The notes: a model not told the origin generated them from the sequence alone. Shown: positions 1 through 9,447, counted from the stretch's first letter. The stretch: 64,000 nucleotides of DNA from Actinomycetota bacterium (GCA_020444505.1 JAHLKU010000003.1:21824-85823), one strand, 5' to 3'. Numbers and translations are program-made.

Positions 1-1
1 A

Positions 2-277
2 GAGCAGCAACGGGTGGCGATCGCCAGGGCGCTGGCCAAGCAGCCGCCGATCCTCCTGTGCGACGAGCCCACCGGTGAGCTCGACTTCGAGACCGGCAGG
101 ATGATCCTGGCCCTGCTGCGCCGCCTGAACCGGGAGAACGGGCAGACGGTGCTGCTGGTGACCCACAACGCGGCCGTCGCCGGCATGGCCGACCGGGTGG
201 TGCGGCTCCGGTCCGGGGCGGTCGTCGAGGACCGCGCCATCCCCGAGCCGGTCGATGCGGGGGAGCTGACGTGGTAG
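2..277 (+). CDS. ABC transporter ATP-binding protein, C-terminal fragment (MacB/FtsE-like); 5' end lies outside the window
   Basis: Translation contains the ABC signature/Walker B/H-loop region (LLCDEPTGELD ... LLVTHN). The frame is open to the window edge. It overlaps the downstream FtsX-type permease gene by 7 bp. Confidence 0.8.
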   Translation, partial: EQQRVAIARALAKQPPILLCDEPTGELDFETGRMILALLRRLNRENGQTVLLVTHNAAVAGMADRVVRLRSGAVVEDRAIPEPVDAGELTW

Positions 278-2601
278 CGCCGCTCACCTCCAAGCTGTGG
301 CGCGACATCCGGCGCCAGAAGGCGCAGTTCGCCGCCGTGGCCCTCACCGTGTTCCTCGGGGTGACGCTGTTCGCCGCCGCCTACGACTCCTATCAGAACC
401 TCACCGCGTCCTACGACGCGACCGCCACCGAGTACCGCTTCGCCAACCTGACCATGCAGGGCGGGGACGTCGAGGGGTTCGCCGCGCAGGCGGCGGCCAC
501 CGACGGCGTCGAGCAGGCCGGCACCCGCACGGTCGCCGACCTCCCGATGGAGGTGGACGGCGTCAAGTTCCTCGGGCGCGTCGTGGGCGTGCCCGACGGC
601 GGAGCGATCAACCGCGTCGCCAGCACGCTCTCCGCCGGTGGGACGGGCGGCGGGATCCGGGTGGAGAAGCACATGGCCGACCACTTCGGGCTGCAACCGG
701 GCGCGGCGATCACCGTCGCCGGGACCCGGCTCGTCGTGGACGACGTCGTGACCTCTCCCGAGTACATCTGGCCGGCGAGGAGCCGCCAGGACCTCTTCAC
801 CACCGGCGACAACTTCGGGGTGGTGTTCGTCCCCGAGGCGACGGCCCGGGACCTGGCGGGGACCGGCCCCACCGAGGCGCTCGTCTACTTCGACGGCGGG
901 GAGGCCGATCCGGACCTGGAGGCGTCGCTGTCGGACGCCGCCCGCAGCGCAGGGGCCACCGCGGTGTTCAGCCGCGCCGACCAGCCGTCCAACGCCGCCC
1001 TCGACGAGGACCTCAAGGGGTTCCAGGAGATGGCGTTGTTCTTCCCCATCCTGTTCCTGAGCGCCGCCGGCATGGCGGCGTACGTGATGATCAGCCGCCT
1101 GGTGTGGGCCCAGCGGCCCCAGATCGGCGTGCTGCTCGCCAACGGGTTCCGGACCCGGTCGGTGCTGCGGCACTACCTGGGCTACGGACTGGTGCCGGGC
1201 CTGCTCGGCGCGGTGCCGGGCGCCGTCGCCGGGGTGCTGCTGGCGCGCCTGATCACCGGGCTCTACACGGGCATGCTCGCCATCCCCGTCACCGAGATCG
1301 GGTTCTACCCCTTCACCCTGGTGATCGGCGTCGCCGTCGGACTGGCGGCCGCGGCGCTGGCCGCGCTCGCCCCGGCGCTGCTGGCGTCGCGGGTGCAGCC
1401 TGCAGAGGCCATGCGGGGCGGCACCCCGCCCGGCGGGGGCAAGCCGAGCGTGCTGGAGCGGATCGTCCCTCCGCTGGGGCGGCTCCCGATCCGGTGGCGC
1501 ATGGCACTGCGGGGCGTGGGGCGCAACCGCCGCCGCACGCTGTACACCATGCTCGGCGTGGTGCTGTCGCTGACGCTCGTGCTGGTGTCCTGGGGCATGA
1601 TCGACACGGTCGGCCACGTCCTGGACCTGCAGTACGTCGAGATCCAGCAGGAGGACGCCTCGGTCCGGTTCTCCGGGCCGGTCGGCGAGGGCCAGGTAGG
1701 GCTGTTGGAGGGCGTCGAGGGGGTCGCCGCCGCCGAACCCGCCCTGGAGGCACCGGTGACGATCCAGGGGGGCGGCGGCGCCTACGACACGCTGCTGGTC
1801 GCCCTCCCGGCCGACACCGCGATGCACCGGTTCCTGCTCGACGACGGCTCCTGGGGCACCCTGCCGGCGTCCGGGGTCTTCATGGGAGGCGGCATCGGCA
1901 GGGAGTTGGGCATTCGCGCCGGCGACGTGGTCACGCTGTCGAGCGCCGACCTGGGCGCCAGCGTGGACGTCCCGGTGGTGGCCCTGCTCGACGAGCCGCT
2001 GGGGTCGGTGGTGTACGCCTCGCGCGAGTTCGTCGCCGCCGGGGTCGGGCAGGTCCCGGCCACCTCGGCGCTGATCGCGTACTCCGACGGGGCCGACCCG
2101 GCCGCGGTGCGGGAGGCGGTGACGGCGTTGCCCTCGGTGCAGGCGTTCGAGGACGCCGGCGCGGTCTACCGGATGGTGCAGGACTACATGGTGCTCTTCT
2201 ACGGTTTCGTCGGGATCATGCTGGTGTTCGGCGGGGCGATGGCCTTCGCCCTCATCTTCAACTCGATGACCGTCAACATCGCCGAGAGGAAGCGGGAGGT
2301 GGCCACCCTGCTGGCGGTCGGTGTGCGCCGCCGCACGATCTCGCGGCTGATCACCGTCGAGAACCTGGTGGTGGCCGCCGCCGCCGTCCCCTTCGGGCTG
2401 GTGATCGGCACGTTCGTGTCGGCGCAGGCGATGGCCAGCTTCCAGAGCGACATGTTCTCCTTCGCCCTGTACATCCGGCCCCTCACCTACGCCGTCTCGG
2501 CGGCGGCGATCCTGGTGGTCGCGCTGCTGTCGGCGGTGCCGGGGTTGCGGGCGCTTCGCCGCATCTCCATCCCGGAGGTGATCAAGGAGCGCTCCACCTG
2601 A
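271..2601 (+). CDS. ABC transporter permease, FtsX-like family (MacB-type, two FtsX modules)
   Basis: 776-aa ORF with a GTG start overlapping the upstream ATPase gene. It has multiple hydrophobic segments and a large extracytoplasmic domain, typical of MacB/FtsX permeases. The overlapping 770-aa ORF at 297..2609 is an Arg/Gly-rich out-of-frame artefact. Confidence 0.8.
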   Translation: MVAPLTSKLWRDIRRQKAQFAAVALTVFLGVTLFAAAYDSYQNLTASYDATATEYRFANLTMQGGDVEGFAAQAAATDGVEQAGTRTVADLPMEVDGVKFLGRVVGVPDGGAINRVASTLSAGGTGGGIRVEKHMADHFGLQPGAAITVAGTRLVVDDVVTSPEYIWPARSRQDLFTTGDNFGVVFVPEATARDLAGTGPTEALVYFDGGEADPDLEASLSDAARSAGATAVFSRADQPSNAALDEDLKGFQEMALFFPILFLSAAGMAAYVMISRLVWAQRPQIGVLLANGFRTRSVLRHYLGYGLVPGLLGAVPGAVAGVLLARLITGLYTGMLAIPVTEIGFYPFTLVIGVAVGLAAAALAALAPALLASRVQPAEAMRGGTPPGGGKPSVLERIVPPLGRLPIRWRMALRGVGRNRRRTLYTMLGVVLSLTLVLVSWGMIDTVGHVLDLQYVEIQQEDASVRFSGPVGEGQVGLLEGVEGVAAAEPALEAPVTIQGGGGAYDTLLVALPADTAMHRFLLDDGSWGTLPASGVFMGGGIGRELGIRAGDVVTLSSADLGASVDVPVVALLDEPLGSVVYASREFVAAGVGQVPATSALIAYSDGADPAAVREAVTALPSVQAFEDAGAVYRMVQDYMVLFYGFVGIMLVFGGAMAFALIFNSMTVNIAERKREVATLLAVGVRRRTISRLITVENLVVAAAAVPFGLVIGTFVSAQAMASFQSDMFSFALYIRPLTYAVSAAAILVVALLSAVPGLRALRRISIPEVIKERST

Positions 2602-2640
2602 GCGGGTAGCGTGGCGGGAGAGCGAGCGGAGGAGCCGCAC

Positions 2641-3108
2641 ATGCCGACAGCCCCGGCGCGCACTCCCGCCCGGCGTCTCGCCGACACCCGGGCGCTGCTG
2701 GCGGAGGGCGTCGACTGCTGGGTGGCGACCGCCTCGGCGGGCGGTGAGCCGTACCTGGTCCCGTTGTCGTACGCCTGGCAGGACGGTGCGGTCCTGATGG
2801 CCACGCCCGGCCGGTACCGCACCGTTCGGAACCTCCGGGCCCGCCCCGAGGTGCGGCTGGCGTTCGGGTCGTTCCGCGACGTGGTGATCGCCGACGGCGT
2901 CGCCGAGATCGCCGAGGTGGCCGATCTGACCGACGGCGACCTCGACCGATTCGCCGGGCAGGCGGGCTGGGACCCGCGTGCCTCGGAGGGGAACGTGATC
3001 ATCCGGGTGCGGCTGCAGCGGGTGCTGGCGTGGCGCCAGGAGAACGAACTGGAGGGCCGGGTGCTGATGCGGGACGGGCACTGGATCGACGAGGAGGTGG
3101 CGAGATGA
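2641..3108 (+). CDS. pyridoxamine 5'-phosphate oxidase family protein (PPOX class, likely F420/FMN-binding split-barrel)
   Basis: About 155 aa with PNPOx-like split-barrel motifs (CWVATASAGGEPYLVPLSYAW ... RNLRARPEVRLAF). ATG at 2641 is preceded by GGAGGA. The track's 2611 start is an upstream GTG. Confidence 0.65.
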   Translation: MPTAPARTPARRLADTRALLAEGVDCWVATASAGGEPYLVPLSYAWQDGAVLMATPGRYRTVRNLRARPEVRLAFGSFRDVVIADGVAEIAEVADLTDGDLDRFAGQAGWDPRASEGNVIIRVRLQRVLAWRQENELEGRVLMRDGHWIDEEVAR

Positions 3109-4124
3109 GACGCCGGGTGCTGGGAGGCTCGGGCATCGTGGTGAGCGAGCTGGCGCTGGGGACGATGGTCTTCGGCGAGGGCCCGCCCCGGGGCACCGAT
3201 CCGCAGGACGCAGCGGCCATCATCCGCCGCTACCTGGAGGCGGGCGGCAACCACCTGGACACCGCCGACGTCTACGCCGGGGGGCGGTCCGAGGAGATCG
3301 TGGGCGAGGCCATCGCCGGCATCCGGGACCAGGTGGTGCTGGCCACCAAGGTGCGGTTCACCACCGGCCCCGGCCCCAACGACCGGGGCCTGTCGCGCCT
3401 CCACATCGTCCGCGGTGTCGAGGACAGCCTGCGGCGGCTGCGCACCGACCACGTGGACCTGCTCTACATGCACACCTGGGATCCGCTCACTCGCATCGAG
3501 GAGTCGCTGCGGGCGTTCGACGACCTGGTGTCGGGCGGCAAGGTGCGGGCGATCGGTGTGTCCAACTTCACGGCCTGGCAGGTGATGAAGTCGCTGGGGA
3601 TCAGCGACCGGTACGGGTGGGCCCGGTTCACCGCCGCCCAGTACCAGCACAGCCTGGTGGTGCGCGACGTCGAGCGGGAGTTCGTGGGGCTGTGCGAGGG
3701 CGAGGGCATCGGCATGGTGCCCTGGAGCCCGCTGGGCGGGGGCTTCCTCAGCGGCAAGTACCGCTCGGGGGATCGGCCCACCGACCCGGCCGCCGGCCGC
3801 CTCGCGACCCAACCGGACGACGACGAGGAGGCCTGGGACCGGCGCGACACCGAGCGCAACTGGGCCATCCTCGCCGAGGTGGAGCGGGTGGCGGCCGAGG
3901 TGGAGGCCACCCCGTCCCAGGTGGCGCTGGCCTGGCTGCTGACCAAGCCGGTCGTGTCGTCGGTGATCGTCGGGGTGCGGACGATGGCGCAGCTCGACGA
4001 CAACCTCGGTGCGGCCGGGCTCGACCTGCCGGCCGGGGCGGTGGCGGCGCTGGACGAGGCCAGCGCTCCCGGCTGGGGGTACCCGTACCGGTTCCTGGGC
4101 CTCTACGGGAGCAGGACGCCGTGA
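3105..4124 (+). CDS. aldo/keto reductase family oxidoreductase
   Basis: The N-terminus (LGGSGIVVSELALGTMVFG ... GGNHLDTADVYAGGRSEEIVG) and the remainder are typical AKR. The start overlaps the previous stop (ATGA). Confidence 0.85.
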   Translation: MRRRVLGGSGIVVSELALGTMVFGEGPPRGTDPQDAAAIIRRYLEAGGNHLDTADVYAGGRSEEIVGEAIAGIRDQVVLATKVRFTTGPGPNDRGLSRLHIVRGVEDSLRRLRTDHVDLLYMHTWDPLTRIEESLRAFDDLVSGGKVRAIGVSNFTAWQVMKSLGISDRYGWARFTAAQYQHSLVVRDVEREFVGLCEGEGIGMVPWSPLGGGFLSGKYRSGDRPTDPAAGRLATQPDDDEEAWDRRDTERNWAILAEVERVAAEVEATPSQVALAWLLTKPVVSSVIVGVRTMAQLDDNLGAAGLDLPAGAVAALDEASAPGWGYPYRFLGLYGSRTP

Positions 4125-4315
4125 CGCTCGTCCTCTGGCTGCTGCTGGCGATCGTGTCGCTGCCGCTGGCGATCCTGGCGTTGATCCTCTGGCCGATCGT
4201 GTGGCTGCTGAGCATCCCGTTCCGGCTGGTCGGCATCTCGGTGCGGGGCGTGCTCGACCTGGTGGAGGCGGTCGTACGCCTCCCCGCCCGGCTGCTGGGC
4301 GGGGGAGGGCGCTAG
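4121..4315 (+). CDS. small hydrophobic membrane protein (hypothetical, 64 aa)
   Basis: GTG start overlapping the AKR stop (GTGA). It has two predicted TM helices (LVLWLLLAIVSLPLAILALILWPIVWLLSIPF). It is in the frame of an otherwise spurious 232-aa track ORF. Confidence 0.35.
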   Translation: MTLVLWLLLAIVSLPLAILALILWPIVWLLSIPFRLVGISVRGVLDLVEAVVRLPARLLGGGGR

Positions 4316-4361
4316 CCGCCGTCTTGGCTCGGCAGCCGGTTCGTGCTGGACTGCGTTCACC

Positions 4362-5297
4362 ATGACCACGCGCGTCTCCGACCGGCTCGTCTGGGCGGTC
4401 GTCCTCCTCATCACCTTCGGGTGGGGCACGCTCCCGGTGCTGATCCGGGTGGCGCTGCGGGAGGACCTGCGCCCGCTGGTCATCGCCGCAGCACCCTCGA
4501 TCGTGGCGGCCGTCGCCCTGGCGCTGTTCCTGGTGGCGACGCGGCGCCTCCACTCGATCGGCTCCACCGAGGTCCGCATCGGGCTGGCGCTGGCGGCGTT
4601 GAGTGTGGTGCTGCCCAACCTGCTCCGCCCCCTGGCTGCCGAGCACGCGTCGGCGGGGTTCCTGGGGCTCACCTCGGCGCTGGTGCCGCTGACCACGGTG
4701 TTGCTGGCGCACTTCGTCCTCGCCGACGAACGGCTGAAGGCCGCCACGGCGGGCGGCCTGCTGCTCGGCCTGGCCGGCGTGGCGACCCTGGTGCTGTCGG
4801 GCGACTCCGGCCTCGGCGCCAAGGGCAACGTGGTGCTGGCGGCCGCCTACGCGATGGGGAGCGTGCTGTCGGTGTCGCTGTCGGCGGTGTTCGCCAAGCG
4901 CTTCGCCGGCCGGTACTCGGTGATGGGCGTGTCGTGGGTGCAGTTCGCCGCGGGGGCGGCGGTCCTGACCGCGGCAGCGCTGGTGTGGGAGGGGGTGCCG
5001 CCCAATCCGACACTGCTGGGGTGGGGCAGCCTCGTCTTCCTGGGCCTGCTCTGCACGTTCATGCCGGTGGTGCTCTTCTACTGGCTGCTGCAGCACGTCA
5101 CCGTCACCTACTCCACCATCATCGGGTATCTGATCCCGCTGGTGTCGGTGGTGGTGGGGTGGCTGTTCCTGGACGAGACCGTGGGGTGGGGGATCCTCCT
5201 CGGCGGCATCCTGATCCTCGGCGGGGTGGTCGTGACCGACCTCATCCGGGTCCGTGACGCCCGCCGGGAGCGGGCGGCCGCCGGCCGAACCCTCTGA
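4362..5297 (+). CDS. DMT superfamily (EamA-like) transporter
   Basis: 311 aa with about 10 TM segments and an EamA-like duplicated architecture. Confidence 0.75.
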   Translation: MTTRVSDRLVWAVVLLITFGWGTLPVLIRVALREDLRPLVIAAAPSIVAAVALALFLVATRRLHSIGSTEVRIGLALAALSVVLPNLLRPLAAEHASAGFLGLTSALVPLTTVLLAHFVLADERLKAATAGGLLLGLAGVATLVLSGDSGLGAKGNVVLAAAYAMGSVLSVSLSAVFAKRFAGRYSVMGVSWVQFAAGAAVLTAAALVWEGVPPNPTLLGWGSLVFLGLLCTFMPVVLFYWLLQHVTVTYSTIIGYLIPLVSVVVGWLFLDETVGWGILLGGILILGGVVVTDLIRVRDARRERAAAGRTL

Positions 5298-5378
5298 TGG
5301 CGGTGGCGCGCTGCGCTGCGATGGGGTAGGGTGACCCGGACTTGGTCTGATGGTAAGACCAACCCTCTGGGAGGCACG

Positions 5379-6656
5379 ATGCGACAGCCGCTCCGTCTCG
5401 ACGTGCACACCGTCGAGATCGACCAGATCCGCTTCGGGGACCACACCGGGGTGGACGACGGAGCCCTCGTCGTCGACCGCGACGCCCTGGCGGCCCTGAT
5501 CCTCGAGGACCCCCGGATCGCCGGCGTGGACGTCCGGATCGCCCAGCCCGGCGACGACATCCGCATCATCGGGTGCCTGGACGCCGTCGAGCCCCGCTGC
5601 AAGGTGGGAGATGGGTCGGTGTTCCCCGGGTTCCTCGGCGGCATGGAGACCGTCGGGGAGGGCGAGACCCTCCGCCTCGGCGGGGTGGCGGTGCTGGCGT
5701 CGAGCCGGTACCCGCAGCCGTTCTCAGGGCTGCTCCAGGCCCGCGAGGCGGTGGTGGACATGCGGGGGCCCACCGCCAACCTCAGCCCCTTCGGGCGGAC
5801 GCTCAACCTGGTGCTGGCCTACACCCCCAACCCCGACATCGACAACGAGGACTACGACGACGCCATCCGCCGCAGCAACCTGAGGGTGGCCGAGCACCTG
5901 GCTACGCAGGCGCTCGACGCCCCCCGCGCCTCCACCACCACGTTCGACATCTCCGAGCAGGACCCCGACCTCCCCAACGTGGTGTACTTCTACCAGTTGC
6001 AGGGCCAGGGCCCCATGGCCGACACCTACCTCTACGGCCGGGTCATCCACAACCTGGTGCCCACGGTGATGCACCCCAACGAGGCGCTCGACGGTGCCAT
6101 CGTGTGCGGGGTGTACGTGTACGGGTGCTACAAGAACGTCACCTACCTGCACCAGAACAACCCGATCATCTGGGAGTTGCAGCGCCGCCACGGCAAGGAG
6201 TTGAACTTCGCCGGGGTCGTCATCAACCGGGGCCACAACTACACCCAGGAGGACAAGGAGCGGTCCTCGCGGTGGGCGGCCAAGCTGATCGAGTTCCTCG
6301 AAGCCGACGGCGCCGTGTTCACCGCCGAGGGCGGCGGCAACTCGGCGATCGACATGATGCTCGCGGTCCAGTACCTGGAGCAGGCCGGGGTGGAGACCGC
6401 GGTGGTGTCCTCGGAGGCCGCCGGCGAGGACGGCTACGACTTCCCGCTCTTCTACACCGTGCCCGAGGCGGACGCCATCGTCAGCGTCGGGTCGGAGGAC
6501 GAGGTGTTCGACATGCCGGAGGTGGCCGAGGTCATCGGCGGCGACACGCTGTTGGACGGCCAGCCCGCCGCCGGGCCGTACCGGCTCAAGATGTACTTCC
6601 AGTTCTGCGGCACCCAGCAGGTCGGCGGCAACGTGCTCGTGGGGAGGGTCCACTGA
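5379..6656 (+). CDS. grdE: glycine/sarcosine/betaine reductase component B proprotein (GrdE/GrdG/GrdI family; alpha/gamma subunits, pyruvoyl enzyme precursor)
   Basis: N-terminus MRQPLRLDVHTVEIDQIRFGD ... DVRIAQPGDDIRIIGCLDAVEPRCKV parallels GrdE family N-termini. GGGAGG RBS upstream of ATG 5379. The stop overlaps the grdB start (TGATG). Confidence 0.75.
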   Translation: MRQPLRLDVHTVEIDQIRFGDHTGVDDGALVVDRDALAALILEDPRIAGVDVRIAQPGDDIRIIGCLDAVEPRCKVGDGSVFPGFLGGMETVGEGETLRLGGVAVLASSRYPQPFSGLLQAREAVVDMRGPTANLSPFGRTLNLVLAYTPNPDIDNEDYDDAIRRSNLRVAEHLATQALDAPRASTTTFDISEQDPDLPNVVYFYQLQGQGPMADTYLYGRVIHNLVPTVMHPNEALDGAIVCGVYVYGCYKNVTYLHQNNPIIWELQRRHGKELNFAGVVINRGHNYTQEDKERSSRWAAKLIEFLEADGAVFTAEGGGNSAIDMMLAVQYLEQAGVETAVVSSEAAGEDGYDFPLFYTVPEADAIVSVGSEDEVFDMPEVAEVIGGDTLLDGQPAAGPYRLKMYFQFCGTQQVGGNVLVGRVH

Positions 6657-7966
6657 TGGTGAGGGTCGCCCACTACATCAACCAGTTCTTCGCCGGCATC
6701 GGCGGCGAAGACAAGGCCGACCACCCCTTCGAGGTGCGCGAGGGCGCCGTCGGGCCCGGCCGGGCCGTGGAGATGGCGGGCGGTGGCGACGTGGAGATCG
6801 TCCAGACCCTGGTCTGCGGCGACAACGCCTTCCACGCCGACACCGAGGGCACCCTGGCAGCGATCGAGGCGGCCCTCGCCGAGAGCAAGCCGGACCTGCT
6901 CATCGCCGGCCCCGGGTTCAACGCCGGGCGGTACGGCCTGGCGTGCGCCGCGGTGTGCGCCGTCGCCACCGAGAAGCTGGGCATCCCGGCGCTCACCGGC
7001 GTGTACGTCGACGCCCCCGCCGTGGACGTGTACCGCAGCCGGGTGGTGATGGTGCCGACCGGCGACAGCGCGGCGGGGATGAAGGACGCCGTCGAGGGCA
7101 TGCTCCGGGTGGGCCTGCGCCTGGCGGCAGGGGAGCCGCTCGGTCCCGCCGAGGAGGACGGGCGCATCCCCATGGGCTTCCGCAAGGCCGTGGTCACCGA
7201 GACCCCGGTGGCGGCCCGGGTCGTGGACATGCTGATGGCCAAGCTGCGGGGCGAGCCGTTCACCAGCGAGGTCGCCCTGCCCGAGCCGGCCGAGGCGGTG
7301 CCGCCGGCGCCGCCGGTGGCCGACCTGTCCGGGGCGGTGGTGGCGGTGGTCACCGACGGCGGCCTGGTGCCGGTGGGCAACCCCGACGGCATCGAGTCGT
7401 CGAGCGCCACGAAGTGGGCCCGCTACCCGATCGACGACCTGGTCCGCAACGACGACCCCTCGTTCATGTCCATCCACGCCGGGTACGACTCGCAGTGGGT
7501 GGACGCCGACCCCGACCGCCTGGTGCCCATCGACGCCCTGCTGGACCTGGAGGCCGAGGGCGTGATCAAGGAGGCGCACCCCTACTACTACGTCACCACC
7601 GGCACCGGCACCACCGTCACCCACGCCGAGCGGATGGGGGAGGAGATCGCCAAGCAGTTGATCTCCGACGGCGTCCACGCCGTGCTGGTCACCAGCACCT
7701 GAGGCACCTCCACGCGTTGCGGTGCAACGCTCGCAAAGATGATCGAGAAGGCCGGCATCCCGGCGGCACACCTGGCGGCGATGACGTCGATGGCCAAGAT
7801 CGCCGGGTCGAACCGGATCATCTCCTCCGGCCTCATCCCCCATCCGGTCGGCGACCCGTCGCGCTCTCCGGAGGAGGAGCTGAAGTGGCGCACCGGGCAG
7901 GTCCGCAAGGCCCTGAACGCCGCGGCGACGCCGCTCGACGAGGCCCTGATCTTCCCGGACTGGTAA
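6656..7966 (+). CDS. grdB: glycine/sarcosine/betaine reductase selenoprotein B (GrdB/GrdF/GrdH family) with in-frame UGA (Sec) at 7700..7702
   Basis: The ORF 6656..7702 ends in ...VLVTST-UGA. Read-through continues in frame (UGTSTRCGATLAKMIEKAGIPAAH ... PHPVGDPSRSPEEELKW...) into track ORF 7739..7966. The total is 436 codons, the typical GrdB size. The flanking motif STU-GT-x-TRCGAT matches the family Sec site. A SECIS-like hairpin lies at 7714..7730. Confidence 0.8.
7714..7730 (+). promoter_or_regulatory. SECIS-like stem-loop downstream of grdB UGA (GCGTTGC-GGU-GCAACGC)
   Basis: Perfect 7-bp inverted repeat beginning 11 nt after UGA 7700..7702, with GGUG in the apical region. Spacing and position match bacterial SECIS elements. 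Confidence 0.55.
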
Positions 7967-7982
7967 TCGAGTGAGGGACGCC

Positions 7983-9410
7983 ATGATCCAACCCGCCATC
8001 CTCCACACCGCCTACGCCCTGGCCCACGCGCCGGACTTCGTCCGCTACGGCTCCAAGCCCACCAGGGAGCTGCCGGCCAACCCCGGGCTGCTGGAGGAGA
8101 TGACGGCGGCGCTGCGGCCCTGGGACGAGGTGGTGGCCTACCCGCCGAACCAGGTGTTCATCGGCAACCTGAGCCCCGACGAGCTCGCCGCCACCCCGCG
8201 GCCCTGGTACGAGCACCTGGTCCCCGACGCCTCGCCCATCGGCCCGTGGGGGCGCATCGTCACCCAGGCGGCGCTCTACGGCCTCATGAAGCTGTGCGAC
8301 GACTTCGACCTCCTGACGATCACCGAGGCGGTCGCCGCCGAGGCCCGCGAGGAGCTCACCCGCTTCGAGCACCGGCGGGACCGCATCACCGGCGTCCCGC
8401 CGGAGGACCTGGCGGCGCTCATCGGCAAGCACGACGGCCTCACCCTGTACCACCGCGGCGAGGTCGCGGGGTTCCTGCGCACCGCCCACGAGCAGGACCC
8501 CTCGCTGGACGCCCATGTGCTGTTCGAGAACCTGGCCTGCAAGGCGACGGCGGTGCTGGCCGTCAACGACGCGTTCGATGGTGGCCCCATCGGCCCCGAA
8601 GACGTCGACTACCTGCTCAACACCGGCGAGGAGGCCGTCGGCGACCGCTACCAGCGCGGCGGCGGCAGCCTGTCCAAGGCCGTCGGCGAGGTGGTGGGGT
8701 GCCTCAACGCCACCGGGTCGGACATCAAGGCGTTCTGCTCGGCCCCGGTGCACGCCATCATCTCCGCCTCGGCGATGGTGGCCTCCGGCCTCCACAAGTA
8801 CGTGGTGGTGCTCGGGGGCGGGTCGCAGGCGAAGATGGGCATGAAGTTCCGGGCCCACCTCCGCAACGGCGTCCCGGTGATGGAGGACTGCCTGGCGTCG
8901 ATGGCGTTCGTCGTCGGGCCGGACGACGGCACCGGCATGCGGGTGCGGCTCGACGTCACCGGCAAGCATCCCATCGGCGCCGGGTCGTCGGCCCAGCACG
9001 TGTACCAGGCGCTGGTGGTGGAGCCGCTGGAGCGGGCCGGCATGACCATGACCGACGTGGACCGCTACGCCGTCGAGATGCACAACCCCGAGATCACCGA
9101 ACCGGGCGACAGCGGCGACGTCCCCAAGACCAACTACCGCACGCTGGCGGCGATGGCGGTGCTGCGGGGCGAGATCGAGCGGGACCAGATGGACGAGTTC
9201 TCCGCCACCCACGGCATGCCCGGGTTCTCGCCCACCCAGGGCCACATCCCCGCCGGGGTGCCGTTCCTCGGCCACGCCCTGGCGGCCATGCGGCGCGGCG
9301 AGATGGACAACGCGATGATCGTCGCCAAGGGCAGCCTGTTCCTCGGCCGGATGACGCAACTCGTCGACGGGGTGTCGTTCCTCGTCGAGGCGCCGTCCGA
9401 GCCGTCGTGA
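7983..9410 (+). CDS. grdC: glycine reductase complex component C, beta-subunit-like protein (GrdC family, thiolase/FabH-like fold)
   Basis: Motifs PNQVFIGNLSPDELA, QRGGGSLSKA, GCLNATGSDIKAFCSAPVHA, YAVEMHNPEITEP, GHIPAGVPF and GSLFLGRMTQLVDGVSF resemble the GrdC family. ATG 7983 is preceded by GAGGGA. The track start at 7971 is an upstream GTG. Confidence 0.65.
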   Translation: MIQPAILHTAYALAHAPDFVRYGSKPTRELPANPGLLEEMTAALRPWDEVVAYPPNQVFIGNLSPDELAATPRPWYEHLVPDASPIGPWGRIVTQAALYGLMKLCDDFDLLTITEAVAAEAREELTRFEHRRDRITGVPPEDLAALIGKHDGLTLYHRGEVAGFLRTAHEQDPSLDAHVLFENLACKATAVLAVNDAFDGGPIGPEDVDYLLNTGEEAVGDRYQRGGGSLSKAVGEVVGCLNATGSDIKAFCSAPVHAIISASAMVASGLHKYVVVLGGGSQAKMGMKFRAHLRNGVPVMEDCLASMAFVVGPDDGTGMRVRLDVTGKHPIGAGSSAQHVYQALVVEPLERAGMTMTDVDRYAVEMHNPEITEPGDSGDVPKTNYRTLAAMAVLRGEIERDQMDEFSATHGMPGFSPTQGHIPAGVPFLGHALAAMRRGEMDNAMIVAKGSLFLGRMTQLVDGVSFLVEAPSEPS

Positions 9411-9447
9411 CCGTGATGGATCGAGCAGAGGAAGGAGGTGCACTGCA

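Noticed and set aside
297-2609. 770-aa ORF in an alternative frame overlapping the FtsX permease gene
   Set aside because: Arg/Gly/Pro-rich low-complexity translation typical of off-frame reading in ~70% GC DNA. The in-frame 271..2601 product has a clear permease character.
2487-5444. 985-aa minus-strand ORF spanning four plus-strand genes
   Set aside because: Antisense to well-supported genes (PPOX, AKR, DMT). Its translation is low-complexity (R/P/G/H-rich) with no domain signature.
5573-7702. 709-aa track ORF fusing an out-of-frame stretch of grdE with grdB
   Set aside because: Its N-terminal 360 residues are off-frame reading through grdE (R/G/P-rich). Only the portion from 6656 onward, the grdB frame, is real.
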